In this document: positions 12,562-22,030 of the stretch, in pieces
Layout of the letters: each line of letters begins with the position of its first letter
How positions within the stretch are numbered: the stretch's first letter is position 1
From: Pseudomonadota bacterium
Lineage (GTDB): Bacteria > Myxococcota_A > UBA9160 > SZUA-336
Assembly (NCBI GenBank): GCA_003247575.1
Contig: QJZC01000002.1
Coordinates: 69,480 to 133,479, forward strand
Reading direction: 5' to 3'
DNA: 64,000 bases
Notes under the pieces: model-generated
What the model saw: the letters and a program-made list of their open reading frames with translations, nothing else
Told to the model about the DNA's origin: nothing
Database searches by the model: none
Position numbers and translations under genes: made by a program

Positions 12562-12867
12562 TCACACGCTTCGAACTCCTACGCGACACACGGAGATGCG
12601 GCGGCCGCCGAGTGTAGCCTCGAAGAAGAAGGACCGGCGCTCGGCGATGGCGCGTTCAAGCAGCGTAACTCCCCCGGCGCATGCCAGGCTGCTGACCTCG
12701 ATCTGTGAGATCGATGAAGCGAGCTCGCGAAAGCGGCGGACCGCCTCGTCCCGGTTGAAGTAGTCCCCGCCGGCCCGTCGAAGCTGAGCTCCACCGATGC
12801 TGCTCTTGCCCGCACCGTTGGTTCCCGCAAGCACGGTGATACACGGGGTTCGCTCACATTCTTGCAC
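12562..12867 (-). pseudogene. Zeta-toxin/COG4185-like P-loop kinase, truncated after ~100 aa
   Basis: Walker A VLAGTNGAGKSS and SFFFEATLGGR match the first half of zeta-like ATPases, which are usually about 190 aa. The reading frame then ends (RISVCRVGVRSV*). It sits 6 nt downstream of a Phd-domain gene. Confidence 0.55.
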
Positions 12868-12873
12868 GCGCGA

Positions 12874-13635
12874 TCAGCGAGATGAGGTACGCGCCTGCAA
12901 CAGTCCGGATTCCGCGAGCTCGTCCTCGGAAGCGCCAAACAGGCCGTCGCCCGCGTTCGCTGCTTTGAGCTCCTGCATGCACTTCATCTGGATATCGAAC
13001 TCCCGTCGGAGGGAATCCAGATTCGGTGCCCTTGTTCCGTGCAGGCCGCGATACTCGTCGAACGAAATCAGAACGGCGGCAGGGCCATTGTGCTTCGTGA
13101 TGACAACGCGATCGCCCGCGAGCACGCGGCCTAGGAGCATTCCGAACTGGTTCTTGGCAGTGGTCGCGGCCACGGACGTAGTGACGTCGCGAAGTTCTAG
13201 TCCGCAGCCGCCCCCTGCGACGGCCCTCCCTGTGGGCTCCGTCGTTCCGGATTGCTGTCTGTGCTCCAAACGAGTGGATATCGTACGAACAAGATCCGCC
13301 GCGCTGATGGGGAGCTCCAGACGGAACGCCCCCAGATCCGCTGCCTCGAGCAGAGGGTGTTCCGGATCGCACAGAAGCAGGGCGGGGACGTCCAAACCAC
13401 GGTCTCGGAGGGTGCGGACAAGTTCGAGGCCTCTCCGGCCGGAAAGCCCCAGATCGCAGAGCAGAAGATCGATGCCTCCGCTCTGAAGCTGCCGGACTGC
13501 CCCACGCAGATGCGTAGCCCAAATTACCGACGCCCCCAGATCGTCGAGACGCCGGAGAACCTCCGCCTTCTGGGAAGCGAGGCTTGGGGTCGCCAGGAGA
13601 AGCCGAGGCCAGAGGCGGGGCTCCTTGGAACGCAT
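12874..13635 (-). CDS. Degenerate response-regulator receiver domain fused to a Phd/YefM antitoxin domain
   Basis: The N-terminal half has a receiver-like beta-alpha pattern (IDLLLCDLGLSGRRGLELVRTLR) but lacks the acidic DD pair (LLLATPS). The C-terminal half TAKNQFGMLLGRVLAGDRVVITKHNGPAAVLISFDEY is Phd/YefM-like. Confidence 0.7.
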   Translation of the reverse strand: MRSKEPRLWPRLLLATPSLASQKAEVLRRLDDLGASVIWATHLRGAVRQLQSGGIDLLLCDLGLSGRRGLELVRTLRDRGLDVPALLLCDPEHPLLEAADLGAFRLELPISAADLVRTISTRLEHRQQSGTTEPTGRAVAGGGCGLELRDVTTSVAATTAKNQFGMLLGRVLAGDRVVITKHNGPAAVLISFDEYRGLHGTRAPNLDSLRREFDIQMKCMQELKAANAGDGLFGASEDELAESGLLQARTSSR

Positions 13636-13894
13636 AATCGCCAGAATAGCTAGACCTCGGAGGGAATGCCCGGCACTTGAGCCGTGGGTGCGGAAGCCAG
13701 TGGTTCAGCGAGAGACGCGGCTGGGCCGTAGGCATCCCGTGCTTCCAGGACACCTTCCCGAGCGCAATGCAACCACCCTGCTCGGAGATCGCGGCAGTCT
13801 GAATTGATCTGATCATCTGTCTCATATCAGCGGGCAAGCAAGCGCTTCGAGCGCCGGCCGTGACAACCTCGCCAGGTTTCGGCGCGCATGACCC

Positions 13895-16800
13895 GTGTCG
13901 ACGCGCTCGAGCAGGAGTGTCTTGCTCGCCACGCCAAGCGTGGTCGCCGGGAGCGAGGACTCCGATTCAAGCTGCCGCGTACCTGGACCGAAGCTCCGTG
14001 ATGCGAGTCGTCGCGACCGGAGCGACCAACCGGTCAGTGGCGCACCATCCAAGCATTCAGCGCTCGAGGCAGCAGAGAAGCCGACATTGCAGCCACCCAG
14101 CGGCTATAGGCACCGCAAGCTGGTGCAGGCGACAGCGCGCGGCCGCATCGATGTGACGATGCGCGAGAGCGATGGTCGGGAGTTCCTGCTCAAGTCCTAC
14201 GTCGAACACGACACCGAACGTGCGCGATCACGTGCCCAGGTCGAGCTCGAGGTGCTGCAAAGACTGGCGGGTCCTGGCGTCGTCCACTGCGTCGAGGTGA
14301 TCACCGACGGAGACGAGATCGCGTTGCTACTCGAGTGGGTGCAAGGCGTTCCGCTCTTCGACTGGGTCGGAACATCCTTGCCCGCGGTCGAGGCCGCGCT
14401 GTCTGTCGGTGTCCAGCTGGCGGGTGTGCTCGCACGTCTGCATGCGGCGCGTCTCGTGCATCGCGACCTCTCTCCGGCGAGTGCACTCGTCGATACGACC
14501 ACTCAGAGCATCCATCTCGTCGACCTCGAGAGTGTCCGCCCGCTGGGCGTGGCCTTGCGAGACGCCCCCCCTGGACTGAGCTCGAGCAGCCTCGCGGACG
14601 GACTTGCGTACATGGCTCCCGAGGCCACCGGGCGAATGAACCGGGGCATCGACGAACGCAGCGATCTGTACTCGCTCGGCGCGGTGCTCTATCTGATCCT
14701 GACCGGCCAGCCGCCGTTCGAGACCCGCGATGCGCTCGGCTTGGTCCATGCGCACCTGGCACTGGTACCTGCGCCCCCGTGCGAGCTGCGTACCGACACC
14801 CCGCCCACACTGTCACGGCTCGTGCTCAAACTCTTGCAGAAGGAGCCAGAGGATCGGTACCAAACCGCTGACGGTCTCCTCTACGACCTCGAGCGGTGCC
14901 TGGAGCAGCTTCGCGGTTCGGGGAGCATCGCGAACGATCTGATGCTGGGGAGCGGCGACTCGCCCAGGTGTCCGCTGTTCGCCAAGACGCTTTACGGGCG
15001 GAACGCCGAGAAGGTCGCGCTGCTCGATGCGTACACGTGTGTCCAACAGGGGCGCTCCCAGCTCGTGTTGCTCTCGGGCAGTCCCGGGAGTGGCAAGTCG
15101 GCGCTGGTGCACGAGCTGCGGGGCCCCGTCGCGAAGAGTGGAGGCTACCTGGCGGCGGGCAAGTTCGAGCTGTACCGGCGCGACGCACCCTACTCGGGTT
15201 GGATTGCGCTCCTCGGATCCTTCGCCGACCAACTTCTGATCGAAAGCGAAGCACGGCTCGCGCAGTGGCGGGGCGAGTTGCGTACCGCTCTGCAGAGCAT
15301 CGCAGGCGCGCTGGTCGAGTTGGTGCCCAGTCTGGGGCCGATCCTCGGTCAGGTTCCTCCTGTACCGAAGCTGGGTCCCCGAGAAACCCAGGAACGACTC
15401 GCGCTCGCAGTCGCCCGCTTCGTGCAGGCCGCAGCGACGCTCGAACATCCGCTCGTGCTTTTCTTCGATGACCTCCAGTGGGCCGATCCCGCGAGCTCCC
15501 GATTGCTCGAGGCGATCGTCGAGCGGAGCCAAGATGAACGCCTGCTCCTCGTGCTGGCGTACCGCGAGGGCGAGGGCGAGGGCGAGGGCGAGGGCGCATC
15601 CGGTCACTTCTCGCGCGTGCTCGCGCGCCTCGCGGAGGCGCCGGTGGAAGTACGCCGCATCGCACTTGCACCGCTCGACGCGCAGGCGACGGCCGCAATG
15701 CTGGCAGATGCACTCGGCCGCTCGAGCGCCGAGACCGAGCGGCTCGCAGCGACCATCCTGCGGAAGACGGGCAGCGTTCCCCTGCTCGTTCAGCAGTTCG
15801 TGTCACAGATGCACGCTCTGGGCCACATTCGCTTCCGCCCTCCGCACGGCTGGACCTGGGACGATGCGCAGCTCGAGGTCGCCAGCATTCCAGACGGCGC
15901 CGTGCCGTTTCTCGTCGCGAACCTAGAGCGCCTCCCGCCCGAACCGCGCGAGCTGATCCAGTTCGCGAGCTGCGTCGCGGACGAGTTCGACGCCGAGCTT
16001 CTCGCAGAGCTTTCAGGACAGACTGGCCACGAACTCCAACCGTCACTCCTCGCGCTGCTCGAGGCCGGCCTGATCGCGCCATCCGCTCAGGGCCTGCGCT
16101 TCGCTCACGATAGGATCCGTGAGGCCGCTCAGGCACTGCTCTCCGACGAACAACGCGCGCGCATCCACTGGGAGACGGCACGGCACCTGCTCCGCACACA
16201 GAGCGCCGAGCAACGCGAGGCGCGCGCATTCGAGATCGCCGACCACGTCAATCGCTCGGGAGCGCTGGTCTCTGCCGAGTACCGGCTCGACGCGATCGCG
16301 TGCAACCGTGCCGCGGGCCTGAAGGCGCTCCATGCGGGCGCCGGAGCAGCGGCACACAGCTACTTTACGGCGGCGCGCAATCTGCTCTGCGAGAGCGACT
16401 GGCAGGAACATCGAAGCCAGGTGTTCGAGCTCATGCTCCATGGAGCCGAGAGTGCGTTCCTGTCCAGCGAGTTCGACGAGGCTCTCGTCCTGCTCGACCG
16501 CATCGAGCAGCCAGGCCTGAGCTCGCTCGAGTTCGGTCGGATCGCAGTCAAGCGCATCCAGGTCTACGCGATGCGGGATACGGTCGGTGAGAGCTTGCCG
16601 TACACGCTCTCGGCGCTCGCACGTGTGGGCCTGCGCTGGCCGCTCGCCCCCTCGCTACCGCGCCTTCTCGTCGCGATCGCCGCCACCGAGTGGCGCCTCT
16701 GGCAGCACCGCTCCAAGCTTGCGGCCGGCGTCGCGCCCGAAGTAGACGCGCATCCAGAACGACGTCGAGCGCCGATCGAGATCATCGAAACGAGTGGCGC

Positions 16801-17785
16801 GATCATGGTCCGCTCGAGCGCTCTGCTGTTCGCGCTCGCCGTCTGCTGGGTGGTTCGCTGTCAGCTCCGTTACGGGTCGATCAACTCCGCGGGCTACGGG
16901 CTCGCGGGCTATGCCGCGGGCATCGCGCTCAACGTACAAAGCGCCCGCCGAGCCGCACGACTCGCAGACGTGGCACTCGCGTGGGACGCGCAGGCTCCCC
17001 ATCCACTCTTCAGCGGTCGAGTGCAGCTGATCGTGCATGGAATCATTCGCCCCTTCGTGCTCCCGCGCCGTGAAGCGCTGCATCCGCTCGGCGCAGCCAT
17101 CGAGCGCATGCTCGAGCTGGGGGACCCGGAGTTCGCGTACTACGCGATCAACACCCAGCTGATCCTCGGCATGCTCGGCGGCGACGCACTCGAGCAGGCG
17201 CAAACTGAGCTGCGCGCGACCGAGCCGATTCGCCGAAGGGTTGGATACCGCGACGATGAGACTCAGTGCGTGCTGCGCGCCGTGGATCTGCTTCGCACAC
17301 CCGACGCCGAGTGCATCGACTGGCATCGCGCGGTGGGCGAGACCGAAGCCTGGCTGATCGAGCACCAAGGCTGCAACGAGCCTCAGGTCCGCACCGCCTG
17401 GCTGCTGCTGTTCTGCGTGCACGGACGCTATGAGCTCGGATTCGATCACTCCGAGCGAATCTGGGCGAAGCTCTTCCGGAGCGCGAAGACATGCCGGCTC
17501 TGCCGGGCTGCTGATGGAAGAATCTCAGCAGCTGTGTATCGTCCTGCGCCAGGTCTTGCACGACACGGAAGCCCAGGCTGGGCCACTGCTCTGGATCGAG
17601 GGCAGGGCGAGCATAGGAGAGGCGCTGAACACGGGCAGGCGAGCCTCCCGCCCGCGCGCTCGATCCGTGAGACGACCGCCTTCGTCGATCCTCGGAGGAG
17701 CCCAGGATCGGCCTCCAAACCGCTTGCAGCGTCGGCGTCTGCGAGGCTCTCGAGTCCTGGGTTCCGCTGCTCGGTATACGTATGA
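13895..17785 (+). CDS. Ser/Thr protein kinase fused to an AAA/STAND NTPase and helical repeat region (paralogue 1), probably 3'-truncated near 17490
   Basis: Kinase motifs HRDLSPASAL, DLES and APE; P-loop LLSGSPGSGKSAL; Walker B LVLFFDDLQWAD. Collinear with the 28719-32690 protein until about 17490. After that the translation is Arg/Ser/Pro-rich junk, about 150 aa short of the paralogue. Confidence 0.8.
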   Translation: MSTRSSRSVLLATPSVVAGSEDSDSSCRVPGPKLRDASRRDRSDQPVSGAPSKHSALEAAEKPTLQPPSGYRHRKLVQATARGRIDVTMRESDGREFLLKSYVEHDTERARSRAQVELEVLQRLAGPGVVHCVEVITDGDEIALLLEWVQGVPLFDWVGTSLPAVEAALSVGVQLAGVLARLHAARLVHRDLSPASALVDTTTQSIHLVDLESVRPLGVALRDAPPGLSSSSLADGLAYMAPEATGRMNRGIDERSDLYSLGAVLYLILTGQPPFETRDALGLVHAHLALVPAPPCELRTDTPPTLSRLVLKLLQKEPEDRYQTADGLLYDLERCLEQLRGSGSIANDLMLGSGDSPRCPLFAKTLYGRNAEKVALLDAYTCVQQGRSQLVLLSGSPGSGKSALVHELRGPVAKSGGYLAAGKFELYRRDAPYSGWIALLGSFADQLLIESEARLAQWRGELRTALQSIAGALVELVPSLGPILGQVPPVPKLGPRETQERLALAVARFVQAAATLEHPLVLFFDDLQWADPASSRLLEAIVERSQDERLLLVLAYREGEGEGEGEGASGHFSRVLARLAEAPVEVRRIALAPLDAQATAAMLADALGRSSAETERLAATILRKTGSVPLLVQQFVSQMHALGHIRFRPPHGWTWDDAQLEVASIPDGAVPFLVANLERLPPEPRELIQFASCVADEFDAELLAELSGQTGHELQPSLLALLEAGLIAPSAQGLRFAHDRIREAAQALLSDEQRARIHWETARHLLRTQSAEQREARAFEIADHVNRSGALVSAEYRLDAIACNRAAGLKALHAGAGAAAHSYFTAARNLLCESDWQEHRSQVFELMLHGAESAFLSSEFDEALVLLDRIEQPGLSSLEFGRIAVKRIQVYAMRDTVGESLPYTLSALARVGLRWPLAPSLPRLLVAIAATEWRLWQHRSKLAAGVAPEVDAHPERRRAPIEIIETSGAIMVRSSALLFALAVCWVVRCQLRYGSINSAGYGLAGYAAGIALNVQSARRAARLADVALAWDAQAPHPLFSGRVQLIVHGIIRPFVLPRREALHPLGAAIERMLELGDPEFAYYAINTQLILGMLGGDALEQAQTELRATEPIRRRVGYRDDETQCVLRAVDLLRTPDAECIDWHRAVGETEAWLIEHQGCNEPQVRTAWLLLFCVHGRYELGFDHSERIWAKLFRSAKTCRLCRAADGRISAAVYRPAPGLARHGSPGWATALDRGQGEHRRGAEHGQASLPPARSIRETTAFVDPRRSPGSASKPLAASASARLSSPGFRCSVYV
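15566..15595 (+). repeat. (GAGGGC)x5 hexanucleotide microsatellite inside the kinase-STAND gene
   Basis: Five perfect tandem copies encode EGEGEGEGEG. The paralogue has no equivalent. Confidence 0.9.
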
Positions 17786-20186
17786 TAGTCGAAGCTGACG
17801 ACCCCACCTTCGCCGTTCTCGAAGCGGATCAGCCGGTCCGCGAGACCCGGCTTCGCCATGCGCACTCTCCGGACAAAGGTCGGTTGCGTCGATCCATTCA
17901 CGTACTGGGCGAAGTGCTTGACGCCGTCCACATGACCATCGCCGTTGATGTCGATCAGTTGGAAGCTCGATCCCGTCGGTGCGATATCCGTGGTATCCGC
18001 GAAGGGAAACCCATAGCGGGCGTCGGGCACCCACGCGGAGCCCGCCGGTGCCGTCGGGTCGTGGAGGTAGGCCAGCTTCTCCGCGGTGAGGGGAGACAGC
18101 CGAACCAGGTCCGGCCAGCCGTCGCCGTTGAGCTCGGCAAAGGTGAGGCCGCTGCCGCTCAGTCCAAACGAGAAGGGCACGGGAGGCAGGTAGCGCGCGG
18201 ATTCCGGGCAGTCTCCGTACGAGGAACAGAAGCCGCCCGTCCGCTTGGCAATCCACACGTAGTGCGATTCCTCGGTAGCAAAGACGGGATTTCCGTTTGC
18301 ATCGAACGTGATCGGGAGCGGGCCGGAGTACGACTGAACGATGTCGGTCAGGCCATCCCGGTTCAGGTCTTGGAAGCGGACTCCGTTGTCGAGCCCAGAT
18401 TGTCGAACTTTTGATGCGCGAACGGCTGCCCATCAGGCAGGGCGTCTGGAGCGGGCAAGCGTACGCTCGGCCGACGCCCGAAGGGATTGGAGAAGATCGC
18501 GGTGTTCGCTTGCAGCGCAAGGAACTGGCCGCCCACGACTTCGAGCACGGCGATATCCACGAGCCCGTCCCCATCGAAATCACCGAAGCGGGGCTTGCCG
18601 GAAGTGAGCGAGTAGTACGCAGGCAGCGAGCCCGGAACGTCCGAGAGCGGGTGCCGCACCCAAGTCCGCGTCTGCGGCTGTAGCAGCCAGATCTCAGTGA
18701 TCTGTTGTCCGGGAGCCGGGTTCGGACAGCCCGGTGGAGTGGCTCCAACTGTGTAGCTGACGCTCAGGTCGGAGTAGCCGTCGCCGTTGAGATCCTGAAG
18801 CTGCCAGCCCGAGCCATAGCTCGAGCCGGGCGGAGAGAGCTTGTCCGGCGCAAAGTTGTCGTTGAAGAGAATCGGTTGGATTCCCTTGTCGACGATCGAG
18901 ACGGACGACGGCCAGCTGCCGGTGCCGTAGCTCGAGTATCGGACCGGGGTGCGAATCGACTGCAGGCTCGCTGTATACGTCGGATCTGGCGCCACGTTCC
19001 AGCCACTCCCGTTGTTGAGGTAGACCGCGTGCGTGATCCCCCCGTATCCGTTTCGATAGGCCTGCAGGAGATCCGGTCTTCCGTCCCCGTTCACATCTCC
19101 GAAGCGAACCCCAGCCCCGAGGCCACGGGTTTGGATGTTGGGCGGAATGTCGGACGTCTGAAGCGGCACCGGCACGGCGTTCGGGTCGCCAATGCTCCAA
19201 TACGCACTCTCCCCGGCCCCTGGGTCCAACACTGAATACGTGAAGGTCTGCGCTGGAAGCCCCTGGCAACTCTGTTCAGGGTTGCTGGTCGTGTGCGCAC
19301 AGTCGGTTCCGAAGAGTTGCGTGCGCACGAGTTTCGATGGCCCGCCGGGTGCATAGCCGAAGGTCCGGCGCGAAAACGCGCGGCCCCCTACCCGCACCTG
19401 CACCTCGCGCAGACGCAAGCCCTGAACGCGCTTGGTGAATCCCATGAAGTCGGCCAGCTCGTCCGGACGAGCCTCCCAAACGAAGAGGACCTCACGGAGC
19501 TCTCCCACCGGGCTTCCGTTTCGCAGCGTGTAGAGGAGCCGCTGTGGGTAGGCGATCCCCGGGTCGGTCGGAGTCCGCAAATACTCGACCTGCAACACGT
19601 TTCCGGAGGCCGATGTGAGCGAGCTGAGCATCCACTCGAAGATGCGACCTCCATCACCGCGAATGAGCGCCGCTTCGTTGTCCCCGTAGACCGCGCTCGT
19701 TCCGTCTGGCCGCTCGACGGTCCACGAGCCTCGCGACGGACGCTCCTGTCGAATTCGCATGAAGCGTTCGATGCGCGTGTGATACCGGCCCGATTCGGTC
19801 GCACTCGGAACTAGCATCTCACCGTTGAGCTCGTAGTCTTCCTCTGCGGGCGTCGCAGGGAAGCCAAACCGGGTCGAAATCCGCACCGCACCCAAACCGA
19901 TGTCGCCGAGCTGCAGGCTCCAGCCGACGCCGAGCGGACCGTTGCCAGCGTCGCTCGAGTACACAAGGGCAAGTTCCGGCGAGAGATCCCCCGTCGCCGG
20001 CGGGAGCTTGATCGGAATGGTCAGGCTTGCGGCCCCGGTACTCTCGCGAACCATGGCTTCAGCGCTCGGCGCATCACCCGGCATCGGCATGGCGTGAGCC
20101 GTGCGGCCCCATGCACTCACGAGCAACGAGACGGCAGAAAGCAGGGCGAGCGAGCATCGTAGATTTCGTAGCGAGGGGGATCTCAA
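17446..20186 (-). pseudogene. SpvB/TcB-like FG-GAP (VCBS) repeat toxin-complex / polymorphic-toxin gene remnant, frameshifted and 3'-truncated
   Basis: Signal peptide plus SpvB motif (STGAASLTIPIKLPPATGDLSPELALVYSSDAGNGPLGVGWSL). FG-GAP repeats are present (GDVNGDGRPDLL, QDLNGDGYSDL, GDFDGDGLVDIAVL, FQDLNRDGLTDIV, ELNGDGWPDLV, IDINGDGHVDGV). Homology continues in three different frames, switching near 18400 and near 17640, and ends near 17500 with no RHS core or toxin tip. Confidence 0.7.
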
Positions 20187-20490
20187 GAGGGCCTCCGGGA
20201 TGACACGGTGTGACTAGAGTGAACGAGTCCCGGCTCCGAGACGACTCACCGAGTGGTCAGCCCCCCTGACCCAGTGGAGTAGAGCATCGGAGTTGCGCTC
20301 GCGTTGCCCCGTACCTTTCACGGGTGATTTCAGCGGCGAAACCTGCGTTTTCACTCAATGAGGGCATGTGGTACCTTGCAGTCCTTCGCAGACTCCCTGG
20401 CAGTCACACTACCCTCTGGATGGTCCGCAATCCTGACCTTCCCCTCAGTCATGGGACTCGAATGCACTACTCACTCGATCGGAGACCGGT

Positions 20491-21951
20491 TTGATCGCTG
20501 CCCAGAACGACTCACCCCTCTCCAGCCTGACCGCGCGTCAGACAGAGGTCGTCGAGCTCGTCGCCAAGGGCTTCACGAATGCCGAGATAGCCCAGCTGCT
20601 CAAGGTCTCCATCTCTACCGTGAAGTTTCATCTGCGCGCAGTCTTCGCGGTGCTCGGGGCATCGGCGCGCACAGAAGCCGTCTCTACCTACTTGGCTTAC
20701 AAGGGTCCCGACGACGAGCCTCGGGCAGCATCCGATCGGACTGCGCCGCCTCGCATCGCGGTGCTGTCCTTCGACGACTGGAGCGCGCGTCGCACCCGAG
20801 ACGACTTCTGCGGCGCACTCGTGCGGGAGGTCATCACGCGGCTGTCACTGCAGAGGCTCGTGCCCGTGCTATCCCTCGGAACGGCTCAGTCTCACTGGCG
20901 GGGCTGCCCCGATCCAGTCCGGCTGGGCCAGGATCTCGGCGTGTCTTACCTAGTTACGGGTTCCGTTCGGAGAAGCCGAGAGCACTGCGTGGCGCAGACT
21001 CACCTTCTCGACGCCGCAACCGGAGTCCATCTCTGGGATGGGGAGTTCCGCGCACGCACCAGGAATGGGGCGGGTCTACTGGAAGCCATTGCCCACGGAG
21101 TGGTTGCGTCTCTGATCCCACGTATGATCCACATCGAGAGACGGAGAGTCGCCGAGCGGGACCGCCGTACGTACGGTGCATGGGAGTTTGCGGTCCTGGG
21201 GTGCTGGCATCTCGAGCGAACGAGCCGCTGCGACAACGAGAAGGCGCGCGGTCTGTTCGAGAGTGCGCTGGAGTACGACCCTTGGCTCGTTCTTCCGCAC
21301 TATGGGATCGCGATGAGCCACTACAACGACCTCATGCAGCAGTGGACCCGTGACGCCTGGGCTTCCCATCGTGGCCTGGTGCAAGCCTCGCAGGCAGCGC
21401 TCGACATCGATCCCAGCGACTTTCGCGCTCATACCGCGAGTGGGTTTGCCTGGATGGTGTCTCGCGACTATGACCGCGCGATCGCCGCGCTCCGCAGCGC
21501 GATCGAGAATAATCCCGGCGCGGTACGGGCGCGCATCCTGCTGGCGCAGATTCTGGCGCTTCGGCATCAGATCTCGGATGCGGTTAGGCTACTTTCGGAG
21601 ACCGTGAGACTGACGCTTCAAGATCCCACGCGCTGGAGGGTTCATGCGGCGCTCGCGCTGATCCAGTTCAGCGCCAAGGACTACGATTCTGCCGTTCGCT
21701 CAGCGCGGCACGCGCAGCTTGGTGCGCCGCTGGACGTTCCCCTTGCCGCGCTCATCGTCTCGGCGCTCTCGCTGCTCGGGCACGAGGATGAGGCCACGCG
21801 CGAAGCCAAGCAGCTGCTCGCTCGCTTTCCGGCGTTTCACTCCGAGCGGTGGGATGTACTGCTCCGCCATGTCTCTGCTAGAGATCGCGCACGGTTCCTC
21901 GAGGGGTTGCGACACGCGGGGCTCTCGAAATGCGGATGCGGTCGCCGTTAG
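20491..21951 (+). CDS. LuxR-family HTH regulator with a TolB-N-like (COG5616-type) module and C-terminal TPRs
   Basis: LTARQTEVVELVAKGFTNAEIAQLLKVSISTVKFHLRAVF is a LuxR/GerE HTH. It is followed by RIAVLSFDD...YLVTGSV... and TPR-like helices. TTG start. Confidence 0.8.
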   Translation: MIAAQNDSPLSSLTARQTEVVELVAKGFTNAEIAQLLKVSISTVKFHLRAVFAVLGASARTEAVSTYLAYKGPDDEPRAASDRTAPPRIAVLSFDDWSARRTRDDFCGALVREVITRLSLQRLVPVLSLGTAQSHWRGCPDPVRLGQDLGVSYLVTGSVRRSREHCVAQTHLLDAATGVHLWDGEFRARTRNGAGLLEAIAHGVVASLIPRMIHIERRRVAERDRRTYGAWEFAVLGCWHLERTSRCDNEKARGLFESALEYDPWLVLPHYGIAMSHYNDLMQQWTRDAWASHRGLVQASQAALDIDPSDFRAHTASGFAWMVSRDYDRAIAALRSAIENNPGAVRARILLAQILALRHQISDAVRLLSETVRLTLQDPTRWRVHAALALIQFSAKDYDSAVRSARHAQLGAPLDVPLAALIVSALSLLGHEDEATREAKQLLARFPAFHSERWDVLLRHVSARDRARFLEGLRHAGLSKCGCGRR

Positions 21952-22030
21952 CGCGGACCGCCCGCGGGCCTTCTCGAGGATACGCGCGGCTGTCGCTGGA
22001 TCTCTGGCTTCGAGGGGAAACTCGATCCCG

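Noticed and set aside
14826-16229. 467-aa minus-strand ORF inside kinase-STAND gene 1 (and similar ORFs 14813-15607, 16655-17449)
   Set aside because: The composition is extreme Arg/Ala/Pro/Ser, typical of out-of-frame or antisense reading of high-GC coding DNA. The sense frame has clear kinase and P-loop motifs.
17490-17785. C-terminal ~100 aa of the 1296-aa track ORF
   Set aside because: It is not collinear with the intact paralogue and has an Arg/Ser/Pro-rich nonsense composition. It overlaps the meaningful minus-strand TcB-like frames. I treat it as read-through after a deletion junction.
10224-20400. Search for a direct repeat of the tRNA-Gly 3' end (att-like) marking the island's far border
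   Set aside because: Only trivial matches such as TTCGAAC near 12571 were seen by eye. This needs a computational search and is not claimed.
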